Assembly (NCBI GenBank): GCA_964552775.1
Contig: CAZKIH010000016.1
Coordinates: 11,430 to 75,429 of the forward strand
Origin: an uncultured Ignavibacteria bacterium
GTDB lineage: Bacteria > Zixibacteria > MSB-5A5 > CAIYYT01
Direction of reading: 5' to 3'
Length of the DNA: 64,000 nt
The notes under the pieces were generated by a model, which was given only the letters and a program-made list of their open reading frames with translations, did no database searches and was not told the origin of the DNA. Each line of letters begins with the position of its first letter. Position 1 is the stretch's first letter. The translations under genes and the position numbers were made by a program. Shown here piece by piece: positions 1-9,308 of this stretch.

Positions 1-48
1 CAACTCGTACGCCATGGCATGAATTTTCTGGTCAAGCGAGTCGGGCAT
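1..48 (-). CDS. 5' end (16 codons) of an unidentified gene leaving the window
   Basis: Minus-strand ATG at 48..46 with GGAGAA 5 nt upstream. It reads MPDSLDQKIHAMAYEL and then runs off the window. Too short to assign a function. Confidence 0.3.
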   Translation of the reverse strand, partial: MPDSLDQKIHAMAYEL

Positions 49-197
49 GTTCGTTCTCCAAGATAGCGTTAGGTGCCGCTGACTGCCATGAAGAATTTGA
101 AATTACTCAATAATAACGAAACTTATACGTCTCTATATTGTTGAACTTTGGGGTCGATAAACTCTATTGTAATCTGTTGGAACATCGTGGAGGATAA

Positions 198-842
198 TTG
201 AGAAACCTTATCTCATTTTGCGCAATTATTGTAGCCTGCGCCTGGCTTTTCGGTTGCGACGATGGCCCGGTCGAGCCCGCCGACAAAGTGAAAATGGTGA
301 ATGCTCAGGCCTATTTCCCAATGAATAATAACGACACCTGGTTCTACAACAATAGCAGCATCACACGCAGAATCGATGGCGATACGACAGTCAATGGATA
401 CTTATGTAAGCGTCTCCTAAAGGGTCCCGATACCGATCAAGCTTGGAGCCTTACTGCTCAGCGATTCGCCCAACATCTCTTCGAAGGCTATCTCTGGTTC
501 GATCCACCACTCACCATTCCACTCGATATGGTCAAAGGCACGCCGGTTCAGTTCTCGGCGCTGGGCCGAATCAGCGATGCTTTTCAGTCTGACGCCGATT
601 CGATACGCTCTGCCGGCTCGTTGGCGTTTGACGGGTACGTCACACGCACAGTCAACCAGGTTGATTTGGACAGTTGCTTCAAGCTGGACTATGCTTACAT
701 AGATAAAATCTATCTCAAGAACGGCACAGTAATCGAGGATACCTCCAGCTATTCCGAAATCTGGGCGCGGGGAATCGGGCTGATTGACGATGGCGACTTG
801 AAACTCGACAGGGCAATCATCAACGGCGTTGAAGTCCCCTGA
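198..842 (+). CDS. hypothetical lipoprotein
   Basis: TTG start directly after GGAGGA (189-194). N-terminus MRNLISFCAIIVACAWLFGC has a signal peptide plus lipobox (LFGC). No family motif recognised. Confidence 0.6.
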   Translation: MRNLISFCAIIVACAWLFGCDDGPVEPADKVKMVNAQAYFPMNNNDTWFYNNSSITRRIDGDTTVNGYLCKRLLKGPDTDQAWSLTAQRFAQHLFEGYLWFDPPLTIPLDMVKGTPVQFSALGRISDAFQSDADSIRSAGSLAFDGYVTRTVNQVDLDSCFKLDYAYIDKIYLKNGTVIEDTSSYSEIWARGIGLIDDGDLKLDRAIINGVEVP

Positions 843-1000
843 TAGCACTAAGATAGCCGAACTGCCGCCCGGCGATATTTTTTGTTGAAGGCAACAACTG
901 AATACGGCTATCATGTTTCAGAATGGCGCAGATTCTGCCGATATATGATTGGATAGTGCACATATCTGTTAGCCGACCTTAAACATGTAAAATTATTGGA

Positions 1001-1777
1001 TTGAACATGATCAAGAAGATGTACTTACTAATCTGGACCTGCCTTATTCTGGGCTGCGGTCTGACATTGTCTTCGTGCGGTGACACAAGCACAGACGGCA
1101 ATACTCGTGACAACTGGGAAATCAACGTGCTCCTGGCGCGCAACGGCGAGACGGGATTTGTAAACGTCTATGCTGAAATCTTCAAGAACGATGTGGCATT
1201 TATCTCTGCCATCTTGAAGGTCGATGAGCAAAGCGTGCAATCTCTTGGAAACGGCAGATATTCCGGGAATATTGATCCATCACTCCTTGAGGACACTTCC
1301 GAAATATCGATCACAACACCCATCGACGCCTTTCAATTCAAACAACTGGTCGTTGTTCCTGATACGTTCAGTTTTGACTTCGAGCAGCTTCCGAGCAACC
1401 AAGTATTCAGTTCTACTTCCGTTGTTAACGTGCGCTGGAATGCTTCGGATTTCGAAGGGATGCAGGGGGCGTACTTTATCGTCACCGAGCCGACTTCCTC
1501 ATCGAACACGGCCGTTGGCTCGTTTGATCTGTTCTCCGGGAACCAGGGATCAATTCCTCCCGATGCCTTTCGCGACTCCCAGGGTAATTTCAAAACCGGC
1601 ACCTACAACGCCTGGGTCGTCTCGCGAATTGGACAACCGATTGCTTCGCCCAACATTCCCTTTACTATCAAGGAAGGCGTATTCTCCCAGAATATCTCGC
1701 GCGTGGGAGTTACCGGGCAATACGGTGCGATCTACATTTCACCGCGAAGAATTTTGACGGCTGTCGCCGGCTCATAG
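1001..1777 (+). CDS. hypothetical lipoprotein
   Basis: Signal peptide with lipobox-like LTLSSCG. Alternative ATG start at 1007. No recognisable family. Confidence 0.6.
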   Translation: MNMIKKMYLLIWTCLILGCGLTLSSCGDTSTDGNTRDNWEINVLLARNGETGFVNVYAEIFKNDVAFISAILKVDEQSVQSLGNGRYSGNIDPSLLEDTSEISITTPIDAFQFKQLVVVPDTFSFDFEQLPSNQVFSSTSVVNVRWNASDFEGMQGAYFIVTEPTSSSNTAVGSFDLFSGNQGSIPPDAFRDSQGNFKTGTYNAWVVSRIGQPIASPNIPFTIKEGVFSQNISRVGVTGQYGAIYISPRRILTAVAGS

Positions 1778-1779
1778 GA

Positions 1780-2697
1780 ATGGGCAAGAAACTTTACGAG
1801 AAACTAAAGACACTGACGACCGAATCGCGCAACCTTTCCTCACGCAATCTCGATCGTCTGAATACCCGCCAGATTATCGAACTGATTAATCGCGAAGACC
1901 GTACCGTTGCCGAAGCGGTCTCGCGCATTATCCCGGAAATCTCCCAGACAGTAGAATTCGTTACCGCTTCATTCCAGTCAGGCGGGCGGCTGATCTACGC
2001 TGGCGCAGGAACCTCCGGCCGGCTGGGCGTCCTCGACGCCGCCGAATGCCCGCCGACTTTTGGAACTCCACCGAGAATGGTCAGGGGCGTCATTGCGGGA
2101 GGGCGGCAAACCTTGGTCAGGTCGCGCGAGGGCGTCGAGGACGACGAACGTGCAGCAGTCAAGGACATCGCTAAACTCAAGCCAACCAAGTTCGATACAA
2201 TCGTCGGCATCGCCGCCTCCGGTCGCACGCCATACCCTTTGGCAATCCTGAAATACTCGAAAAAACACAAAGCCAGGACAGTTTTACTTGTCTGCAATGA
2301 AATCCCGCGCAAACCAGCCTTCGTTGATGTCGTACTCGCCCCTGTCGTCGGACCTGAAATACTAACCGGATCGACACGCATGAAAGCCGGCACCGCAACT
2401 AAGCTAATTCTCAATATGATCTCGACAGCAGCCATGGTGCAGATCGGCAAGTGCTATGGAAATCTCATGGTGGACCTGCGTGCGACATCACAGAAATTAG
2501 CTGAGAGATCGAAGCTGATCTTGGTTGAGACATTGCGCATCAAGTATGCCGAGGCGGGCGCGCTGCTCATAAAATCACACGGTGAAGTCAAGACCGCTAT
2601 CGCGATGCACCTTCTGTCCCTCGACTACGCCGCCGCTAAGAGACGACTCAATCAGGCCGGCGGCAAACTGTCGAGCTTACTTGACCCCCATCAATAG
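1780..2697 (+). CDS. murQ: N-acetylmuramic acid 6-phosphate etherase (SIS domain)
   Basis: 305 aa. Contains YAGAGTSGRLGVLDAAECPPTFG and LTGSTRMKAGTATK, both typical of MurQ etherases. Confidence 0.85.
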   Translation: MGKKLYEKLKTLTTESRNLSSRNLDRLNTRQIIELINREDRTVAEAVSRIIPEISQTVEFVTASFQSGGRLIYAGAGTSGRLGVLDAAECPPTFGTPPRMVRGVIAGGRQTLVRSREGVEDDERAAVKDIAKLKPTKFDTIVGIAASGRTPYPLAILKYSKKHKARTVLLVCNEIPRKPAFVDVVLAPVVGPEILTGSTRMKAGTATKLILNMISTAAMVQIGKCYGNLMVDLRATSQKLAERSKLILVETLRIKYAEAGALLIKSHGEVKTAIAMHLLSLDYAAAKRRLNQAGGKLSSLLDPHQ

Positions 2698-2859
2698 CCG
2701 GTAGTCTGCCCGCTAATTCCGATCTTCCTGATTCAATCTGGAACGCCGATTGAAGAGAATGAACTTGCCTTGAACAGCGTCTTCTCCTTTCTCTAAGCGG
2801 CTAAAGAGTGCCCTCTTATTTGACGAACAATGTTGTAAACATAGAGTTGCAAAGAGGAC

Positions 2860-4608
2860 ATGCCGTTGGAAAATCTGCACCTGTCGAGCAATCTTTCATA
2901 TGGTGCCGAGGAAATCGCCGAGTTGCGAGACCTGATGCTCAGTCTGAGTAAGGGCATGCGCGCATCTCGCCAATACCCAGCCGAACATCCAATTCCGCAG
3001 CAGTTCAAAAAATCCTTCCGGACTCATCTTGCCAGATATTTCGACCAGTCCGATCGGTTATCGCTTCGCGTCAATATTGACTCGTTTGAGGCGGGCGACG
3101 AAGTGGTCTACCGTGGTCCAATCAACAATGACAACCTGGCTCATCTTCTGCACCGTGACGGTATCCGACTGATCGAGATTCGACCTTCCGTCTCCCAATC
3201 CGAAATCGATGCTCTTTTTGATGCACTGGTAGCAAGTTCTGGTCAGGATGATCAGCGCCAAGACATTGTGAACTTCTTCTGGAAGGCCGGATTCGAGAAC
3301 ATCACTTACGAGGTGGTTGATTCCTTTGAAATCGGTGAAGCAAGCGATATGTATTCCGAATTTCTGGAGGCGGAACAGCCCAACAGGTCGGCTGGAGGCA
3401 ACCTTGCCCTTACTCCTGGCACCAACATTGCTTGGTCCGCAGGCTCCAGCACTCCGAAACTGCAGGCGGAGGAAAACCACCGATTTATGGTCCGAGCTTT
3501 TGGCGATCCGAATGACCTGACTGCTCACGAACAACAGTCGTTATCAGCCATGATCAGCGAGGATCGAAGCAGAGATATCAAACGTGAGGTCGTTGATCTG
3601 CTCTTGCAGCTCTGCGCAGAGAACACGGGGCCGCAGGATATGCGGCTGACGCTCGAATCGCTGCAATCCACCTTCGATCGGATTATCGACGACGGTGACT
3701 TCGGTACCTTGAAAGACATCCTCTTGAGCGTACGCCGCCTGTTGGGAATCGGCTCGTTCGATTCGCCACTTGTGAATAAACGCCTCAAAGAATTCGAAGC
3801 ACGCTGCGGAGATATCGTCCGCATCAAGCTGATCACTAACAGCCTTAACAAGAACACCGAAATCGATCTTCACGCCGTCGAAGCCTATCTCATTGAATTA
3901 GGATGGGAATCGCTGAGCAATCTCCTCGGAATGCTTGGCGAACTCTCTCACTATCCGGCGCGGAAAATGGTTTGTGACTTGCTGGTCAAGAAGGGTTTTG
4001 AGAAAATCGATATCCTCGGCGGTGCCGTCTATGATAGCCGCTGGTTCGTCGCTCGAAACGTAGTGTGGGTATTGGGCGAAATGAAGACGTTGCAGTCAAT
4101 TCCCTACCTCACCAAAGCAGCCAAGCATGTCGAGCCGAGGGTCAAGACAGAAGTCATCAAAGCACTCGGCAAGCTTGGTGGTGATCGAGCCGCCGGTGTC
4201 CTGTTGATCATGCTGAAAGATGAGTCCGAAAAGATTCGCTCACAAGCCGCGCGCGAACTTGGCAAAAACGCTACAAGCGCTGCTTCAATGGGACTGGCTG
4301 AAATCGTGCGCGAAAAAGACTTCCCGGATGCACCACCCGCCGAAATGCGGCTGATCCTCGAGGCACTTGTGGTTTGTGGCGGCGACGCCGCCTGGAGCAC
4401 CTGCGAGGAGATTCTTGCCAAGTCAACGCTGTTCAACAAAGCCCGTCTCCATCGCTTTCAGGAAGCTATCGTCGGAGCTCTGGCGTCGTCGACCTCTCCA
4501 GAAGCGATCGGGCTGGTTACGCGACTCTGCAGCGATAGTCGCAATCATATTGCGGTAGTGGCACGAAGGGTGTTGTCCCTGCTCAAAAATCGTCGAGAGG
4601 AGAAGTGA
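2860..4608 (+). CDS. HEAT-repeat protein, function unknown
   Basis: 582 aa. The C-terminal half carries HEAT/PBS-lyase-like repeats (ARNVVWVLGEM, VKTEVIKALGKLGG, IRSQAARELGK). The stop overlaps the next start (GTGATG at 4605). Confidence 0.6.
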   Translation: MPLENLHLSSNLSYGAEEIAELRDLMLSLSKGMRASRQYPAEHPIPQQFKKSFRTHLARYFDQSDRLSLRVNIDSFEAGDEVVYRGPINNDNLAHLLHRDGIRLIEIRPSVSQSEIDALFDALVASSGQDDQRQDIVNFFWKAGFENITYEVVDSFEIGEASDMYSEFLEAEQPNRSAGGNLALTPGTNIAWSAGSSTPKLQAEENHRFMVRAFGDPNDLTAHEQQSLSAMISEDRSRDIKREVVDLLLQLCAENTGPQDMRLTLESLQSTFDRIIDDGDFGTLKDILLSVRRLLGIGSFDSPLVNKRLKEFEARCGDIVRIKLITNSLNKNTEIDLHAVEAYLIELGWESLSNLLGMLGELSHYPARKMVCDLLVKKGFEKIDILGGAVYDSRWFVARNVVWVLGEMKTLQSIPYLTKAAKHVEPRVKTEVIKALGKLGGDRAAGVLLIMLKDESEKIRSQAARELGKNATSAASMGLAEIVREKDFPDAPPAEMRLILEALVVCGGDAAWSTCEEILAKSTLFNKARLHRFQEAIVGALASSTSPEAIGLVTRLCSDSRNHIAVVARRVLSLLKNRREEK

Positions 4609-6077
4609 TGTCCGGCGCCGACAATTCAGTCACGCGTAGTCTGCTGACTCCAGCCCAGGAGTTCACCTATACGCAGGATGGCGCTGCGCTGACCAATCAG
4701 CTTTGTATCTTCCTGAAAACAGCCAAACTTTACGACCGCGACAATAATAACTTTATCACCCAATTGAGATTGCTAAGCGAGTTGTTGGCCCGGCTATTCC
4801 AGGAATACGGTGATCTTACCCTTCAAGTCCAATCGGGATACCTCTTTTTCTGCAGTGTGCGTCTCAAGACGGAGTACGACCATGAGTCAAATTCCGGCTT
4901 CCTGCTCCATCTCTATCAGAGACTCCACATCTCGGGCTTGATGATCGATGTCGGTGCAAGCGATGACAAACTGGTAACCATGGCCCGCCTGCTAAATGAG
5001 GCCGATGCCCGCGGTTCAGACGACTATGATGACATGCGCCGCCGTTTTGCTGAGGCCGGTCTCGACTATATCGAGGTTCTCCCACCTATCTTCGAGACGG
5101 CCGAAAACATGGATGAGACTCGACAACAGCGCCACTTCGCCAAACGCACGTTTTTTTCGGCAATTAGCAATCTTAAGTCTGTCGTAGCGGGAATCGGCGC
5201 CAATCGCAGCATCGATCTGACTCGCACCACCCGCATCGTCTACTCTCTGGTCGACCAGGTTGTCGCTGATGATCGCTACCTGCTTGAACTCACCGCTCTT
5301 CGCACCCATGATGAGTATACTTTCCTCCATTCCACAAACGTCTGCGTATACTCAATTTGCCTGGGCGCCGGATTGCATCTCAACAAGGCGGAATTAGCGA
5401 CGCTGGGTTTTTCGGCGCTGTTTCACGACATCGGAAAAACCAAACTACCTCTTCAAATACTAAATAAGCCAACGGAGTTCGATGACTCCGAATGGGAACT
5501 GATGCGAAAACACCCAACCTATGGTGTGCTGGCAATCGCCAAGACTATGCCCTTTGATGAAAATAGCTGCCGGGCGATGTTGGTCGCTTTTGAACACCAC
5601 TTCAATCTTGACGGCACCGGCTATCCAACGGTACGCTTCCGCCGAGCCGTGAATCTGTACAGCCGGATCGTGGCCATTTGCGATGTGTTTGACGCCCTCA
5701 CTTCGGGTAGAATCTACCGTCGGGTCCCAATGTCTCCCGAGCATGTTCTGCGGAATATGCTGGAACAATCAGGACAGAAATTTGACCCGATCCTGCTCAA
5801 GATGTTTATCAAGACCGTCTCTGTTTATCCGCCGGGATCCTTGCTGTTGCTCGACAATCAGAGCCTCGGCCTTGTGATCGCTCGCAATTCGCATGATCTC
5901 TTTCGCCCGAAAGTCAAGATCATTGGCGATCTCCAGCAATTGTACGAAATCGCCGAAGAGGTGGACCTCAGCGAACATGACGAGGTCGGCAATTATCGAC
6001 GACATATCATTCGCGCCGTCGAACCCGCGGAAATTCCAGTGAATCTCTCGCACTACGTGCTCCAATCCTTTGCGTAA
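4605..6077 (+). CDS. HD-GYP domain protein (probable c-di-GMP phosphodiesterase)
   Basis: Contains LFHDIGK and HHFNLDGTGYP in the C-terminal half. About 280 aa of N-terminal region are unassigned. There is a 4-nt overlap with the upstream HEAT gene. Confidence 0.85.
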   Translation: MMSGADNSVTRSLLTPAQEFTYTQDGAALTNQLCIFLKTAKLYDRDNNNFITQLRLLSELLARLFQEYGDLTLQVQSGYLFFCSVRLKTEYDHESNSGFLLHLYQRLHISGLMIDVGASDDKLVTMARLLNEADARGSDDYDDMRRRFAEAGLDYIEVLPPIFETAENMDETRQQRHFAKRTFFSAISNLKSVVAGIGANRSIDLTRTTRIVYSLVDQVVADDRYLLELTALRTHDEYTFLHSTNVCVYSICLGAGLHLNKAELATLGFSALFHDIGKTKLPLQILNKPTEFDDSEWELMRKHPTYGVLAIAKTMPFDENSCRAMLVAFEHHFNLDGTGYPTVRFRRAVNLYSRIVAICDVFDALTSGRIYRRVPMSPEHVLRNMLEQSGQKFDPILLKMFIKTVSVYPPGSLLLLDNQSLGLVIARNSHDLFRPKVKIIGDLQQLYEIAEEVDLSEHDEVGNYRRHIIRAVEPAEIPVNLSHYVLQSFA

Positions 6078-6381
6078 AGATTGGGACTGCAATTTCGAAA
6101 TAGGTGACTCCTCCTCGGCATTTCAGTCTCCGCATGAAGATTAACAGACTACCTGCTCCATAGTCTCGATGATTGCAGGCCGGGAAGCACCGTAGTCTGA
6201 ATATAGGAAGCCCGTTTTAGACCCGGACTGATCTAATCCCACTTCCGAAGTTACCTTGACTTTGTCGCAAGAAATGCGGAAAATTGACTATGTTGATGTA
6301 CGATCCTGGGAAAAGCACATCTCTGTCTCGGGAAGACTTTCTCTCAGGCACTTGGTGGCCCCCGCTGCGGGTTGAGGAACT

Positions 6382-7425
6382 ATGGCGCGAAAATGTCGCA
6401 TATTTGCATTGTTCTTGTTCTCATTCGTCTTGCTGACCACAATCTCCATCTACAGCATTCCTCGTCTGTCGCTGGAACACGCCACACCGTGCGTGACCTG
6501 TCACGTCAGTCCCAATGGCGGTGGTATGCGCAACGAATTTGGGAACTTTGCCGTTTCGTACAACGAATTGTGCCTCCAAAGCACCAAAGAGCTGGTGGCG
6601 CCCTACCGGCTCAAGCCTCGGATCTCAGACAATCTCACCTACGGAATCGACTATCGTATGCTCTATCTGGAACAGGGCCGATTCTTCCGTATGCAAACCG
6701 ACCTCTACCTCAGCGCCGAACTCTTAAAAAATGTCAGTTACAATCTGACCTTTGGACAGACCTACGTGAAAGACAGCTACCTGATGCTCAAGTTCAAAGA
6801 TGAACATTACTGGGTTAAGCTTGGGAGATTCTTCCCGGCCTTCGGGTTGCGCGATCCCGACCACAACGCCTTTGTGCGCACGGTTCCGTTCCTCGGGCCC
6901 GAACTCAATGTCGATGGCCTATCCATCGGTGGTAATTTCTTCAATGGCTCGAATATCACGTTCGAGTTCTATGAACCGGATGGCCAGCGCGTAGCGGCTC
7001 TCCACTCCTTCAGAGCCGGTGCTCTTGGTCCAGTAGGATTTCTGACCGGACTTTCCTGGCGCGAATCGGAATCGATCGCCGGCAGTTACCGTGGCTTTCC
7101 CATTGCCAAATCTCTCTTCGGTGGCGTGTCGTACGACCGCTTCACTCTAATGGGCGAATTCGGAGCGGTCGGCAAGGCCAACGAGCAAAGAACAGTTTAC
7201 GCGCAGTTGTCTTCAAGGATCATCTACGGTCTCTATTTCCTCAGTGAGTACAATTTTCATGACCCGGATTGGAGCGTCAAGAGCGGCGCCAACGAATTCT
7301 GGCGGTTCACTCTCGAATTCTTCCCGATTCCGTTTGTCGAGTTGCGGCCGGCTATTACCTACATCGGTGAGGGTCCGCGCAAAGACCAAGTGGACTTCTT
7401 CGTTCAACTGCATGTCTGTTATTAG
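6382..7425 (+). CDS. putative outer-membrane beta-barrel protein with N-terminal CXXCH (Cyc2-like fused cytochrome-porin candidate)
   Basis: Signal peptide, then CVTCH at residues 37-41 (nt 6490-6504). The remainder shows alternating amphipathic beta-strand-like sequence and ends in an aromatic residue (HVCY). Confidence 0.6.
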   Translation: MARKCRIFALFLFSFVLLTTISIYSIPRLSLEHATPCVTCHVSPNGGGMRNEFGNFAVSYNELCLQSTKELVAPYRLKPRISDNLTYGIDYRMLYLEQGRFFRMQTDLYLSAELLKNVSYNLTFGQTYVKDSYLMLKFKDEHYWVKLGRFFPAFGLRDPDHNAFVRTVPFLGPELNVDGLSIGGNFFNGSNITFEFYEPDGQRVAALHSFRAGALGPVGFLTGLSWRESESIAGSYRGFPIAKSLFGGVSYDRFTLMGEFGAVGKANEQRTVYAQLSSRIIYGLYFLSEYNFHDPDWSVKSGANEFWRFTLEFFPIPFVELRPAITYIGEGPRKDQVDFFVQLHVCY

Positions 7426-7899
7426 GTGACGAAAATGTACAATAGCTATGACAGAGTGCCAAATTCAAAGCGAGCGCTTGCCGCAAGAGCTGTTGTTCTA
7501 TCCCTGCTCGCCCTGACTCTCTCCGCCTGCAGCGACCATGGCTCGATCGTCAAGAACGATAACTCTGGCCCGCCGCCACCCGATCCGACAGTCTTCTTTG
7601 CAAACGATGTACAGCCAATCCTGATCCGAACCTGCGCCTTTAACAGTTGTCACGGGGATGTCAATCCGCAGCATGATTTGAAAGTAACAAGTTATGCTTC
7701 AATTACGAACGTCAGCCCAATCCACGGCCGTATCGTGATCCCTGGCGACGCCAACTCAAGCGCTCTGTACATCTCCATCAGCCCGCGCTACCGCGAGTTG
7801 GGACTGGACTTTCGGATGCCGCGCTTTTCCGACACTTTGACCACGGCCGAGCAGGACACTATCCATACCTGGATCGACGAAGGCGCACTGAACAACTAA
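7426..7899 (+). CDS. lipoprotein with PSCyt1-like (planctomycete cytochrome c-like) domain, CX4CH motif
   Basis: Lipobox LTLSAC. FANDVQPILIRTCAFNSCHGD ... IPGDANSSAL ... MP ... WIDEGA matches the PSCyt1 pattern as I remember it. The cysteine spacing is C-AFNS-CH. The start abuts the stop of the preceding gene. Confidence 0.65.
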   Translation: MTKMYNSYDRVPNSKRALAARAVVLSLLALTLSACSDHGSIVKNDNSGPPPPDPTVFFANDVQPILIRTCAFNSCHGDVNPQHDLKVTSYASITNVSPIHGRIVIPGDANSSALYISISPRYRELGLDFRMPRFSDTLTTAEQDTIHTWIDEGALNN

Positions 7900-7918
7900 G
7901 TTGGCCGCGGAGGACAAC

Positions 7919-8545
7919 ATGATTCGCAAAATGCACATCTCCCTTCTTCTTGCAATGGTCACACTCTCAGGTGTCTGCACATCAATACGTGCAGAGAAAT
8001 TCTACGTTGCTGCGCGGCCTGAAACCGACAGCGTTAACTTCGCTTCCGAGGCAAAACTTGAGTTCGTTGAGGGCGAGACAAATTCCATCATCGGCATGAT
8101 TGAATTCGATCCAGCCAACACGCGGTTACAATGCGGCGGCCGCTTGCGCGTCGATGCCAGAACGCTGAAGACCGGCATCGAAATGCGCGACGAGCACATG
8201 CGCGAGCGACACTTGCATACCGAGCAATTTCCGTTTATCGAATTTGTCCCAAAATCCATCGAAGGTTTGCCTGTAGAGCTTGTCGCCGATTCTGCTCTGA
8301 AATTTCGGATCTCGGGAGAATTCACTGTCCACGGAACGACAAAGACAATATCGGCCCCAGCCACGGTCGTGTATCTGCCGGATAACGCCGGAGCCAAAGC
8401 AGTAATTGTGGCTGCCACGTTCGATATCAAACTTGACGATTATGGCATCCCGCGGCCCAAAGTGCTTCTTCTGAAGCTCGCGGAAACGATCAGGGTTAGT
8501 GTTCGCTTCGTGGCCTCGACTGCTAATCCGGCGGTGACCTTTTGA
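7919..8545 (+). CDS. YceI-like periplasmic (polyisoprenoid/quinone-binding family) protein
   Basis: ATG at 7919 follows GGAGGA (7910-7915). Signal peptide MIRKMHISLLLAMVTLSGVCTSIRA. The body (EFVEGETNSIIGMIEFD ... GEFTVHGTTK) resembles YceI-family proteins. The ORF track starts 18 nt earlier at a TTG. Confidence 0.6.
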   Translation: MIRKMHISLLLAMVTLSGVCTSIRAEKFYVAARPETDSVNFASEAKLEFVEGETNSIIGMIEFDPANTRLQCGGRLRVDARTLKTGIEMRDEHMRERHLHTEQFPFIEFVPKSIEGLPVELVADSALKFRISGEFTVHGTTKTISAPATVVYLPDNAGAKAVIVAATFDIKLDDYGIPRPKVLLLKLAETIRVSVRFVASTANPAVTF

Positions 8546-8627
8546 TCTCCGGTGCTAAATCTTTGGAATCAAGCCACTTCTCGTAACCCCCTAAATTGAC
8601 CAATCTCTCCGAGTTGTGCAGTTTCAT

Positions 8628-8656
8628 TTGATTGTCTCGGGCAAATTCACTATAAT
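8628..8656 (+). promoter_or_regulatory. sigma70-type promoter for the ferritin-like gene
   Basis: TTGATT (8628-8633), a 17-nt spacer, then TATAAT (8651-8656), about 40 nt upstream of the ATG at 8696. Confidence 0.55.
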
Positions 8657-8695
8657 TGTCGCAAGCAGGCTATGACGCCGCAATAAGGAGTTGCT

Positions 8696-9193
8696 ATGAA
8701 CGTCTTTGAATTTGCGATGAAAATGGAAAAAGATGGGCAGAATTTCTACGAGAGTGAAGCTGCCAAAACCAATAACCCGGCACTAAAAAAGATCTGGCAG
8801 CAATTGGCTGGCGATGAAATCAAACATTACGAGATTTTCAAGCGCTTTCGTGACGGTGAAGTTCACGAGGCTAAAGCCATGTCGGAATTAGGGACCCAGA
8901 TATTGAATACCGCCAAGACAGTGTTCGAACAGCTTCCCAGAACCGGCACCGATTTTCACTTCGGAGACGATGTCATCGCCGCCTGGAACAAAGCCCAGGG
9001 TCTTGAAGAGGCTACCGAAAAATTCTATCGCGAGAAATCAACGGAAGAGAAACTGCCGGAAGTGAAACGCGCCTTCAGTCTTCTTGCTGACGAAGAGCAC
9101 AAGCATGTCGTATTAATAGAGCATGTGCTCGAATTCCTGCACCAGCCGAAAAGCTGGCTCGATGACGCCGAGTGGAGCAATATCACTCACTAA
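8696..9193 (+). CDS. ferritin-like diiron protein (rubrerythrin family, no rubredoxin domain)
   Basis: 165 aa. MNVFEFAMKMEKDGQNFYE ... EIKHYEIF ... EEATEKFY ... ADEEHKHV give two E...ExxH pairs. SD AAGGAG lies upstream. Confidence 0.75.
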   Translation: MNVFEFAMKMEKDGQNFYESEAAKTNNPALKKIWQQLAGDEIKHYEIFKRFRDGEVHEAKAMSELGTQILNTAKTVFEQLPRTGTDFHFGDDVIAAWNKAQGLEEATEKFYREKSTEEKLPEVKRAFSLLADEEHKHVVLIEHVLEFLHQPKSWLDDAEWSNITH

Positions 9194-9227
9194 CCGGCAG
9201 TGCGACCCGTGCGGCAATCAGATTTCT

Positions 9228-9255
9228 GCAGAGGCACAGACCCCTGTGCCTCTGC
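9228..9255 (+). terminator. stem-loop downstream of the ferritin-like gene
   Basis: 11-bp perfect stem GCAGAGGCACA/TGTGCCTCTGC with a 6-nt loop. It is followed by CTTGT only, a weak U-tract. Confidence 0.4.
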
Positions 9256-9308
9256 CTTGTCACACTGAATTCACGATTATTCCACAATACAGTCACGGAG
9301 GGAAATAG

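Noticed and set aside
6262-6271. Identical 10-mer TTGTCGCAAG in two promoter regions (6262-6271 and 8656-8665).
   Set aside because: Many chance 10-mer coincidences are expected in a 64-kb window. It is not a dyad and has no further flanking similarity.
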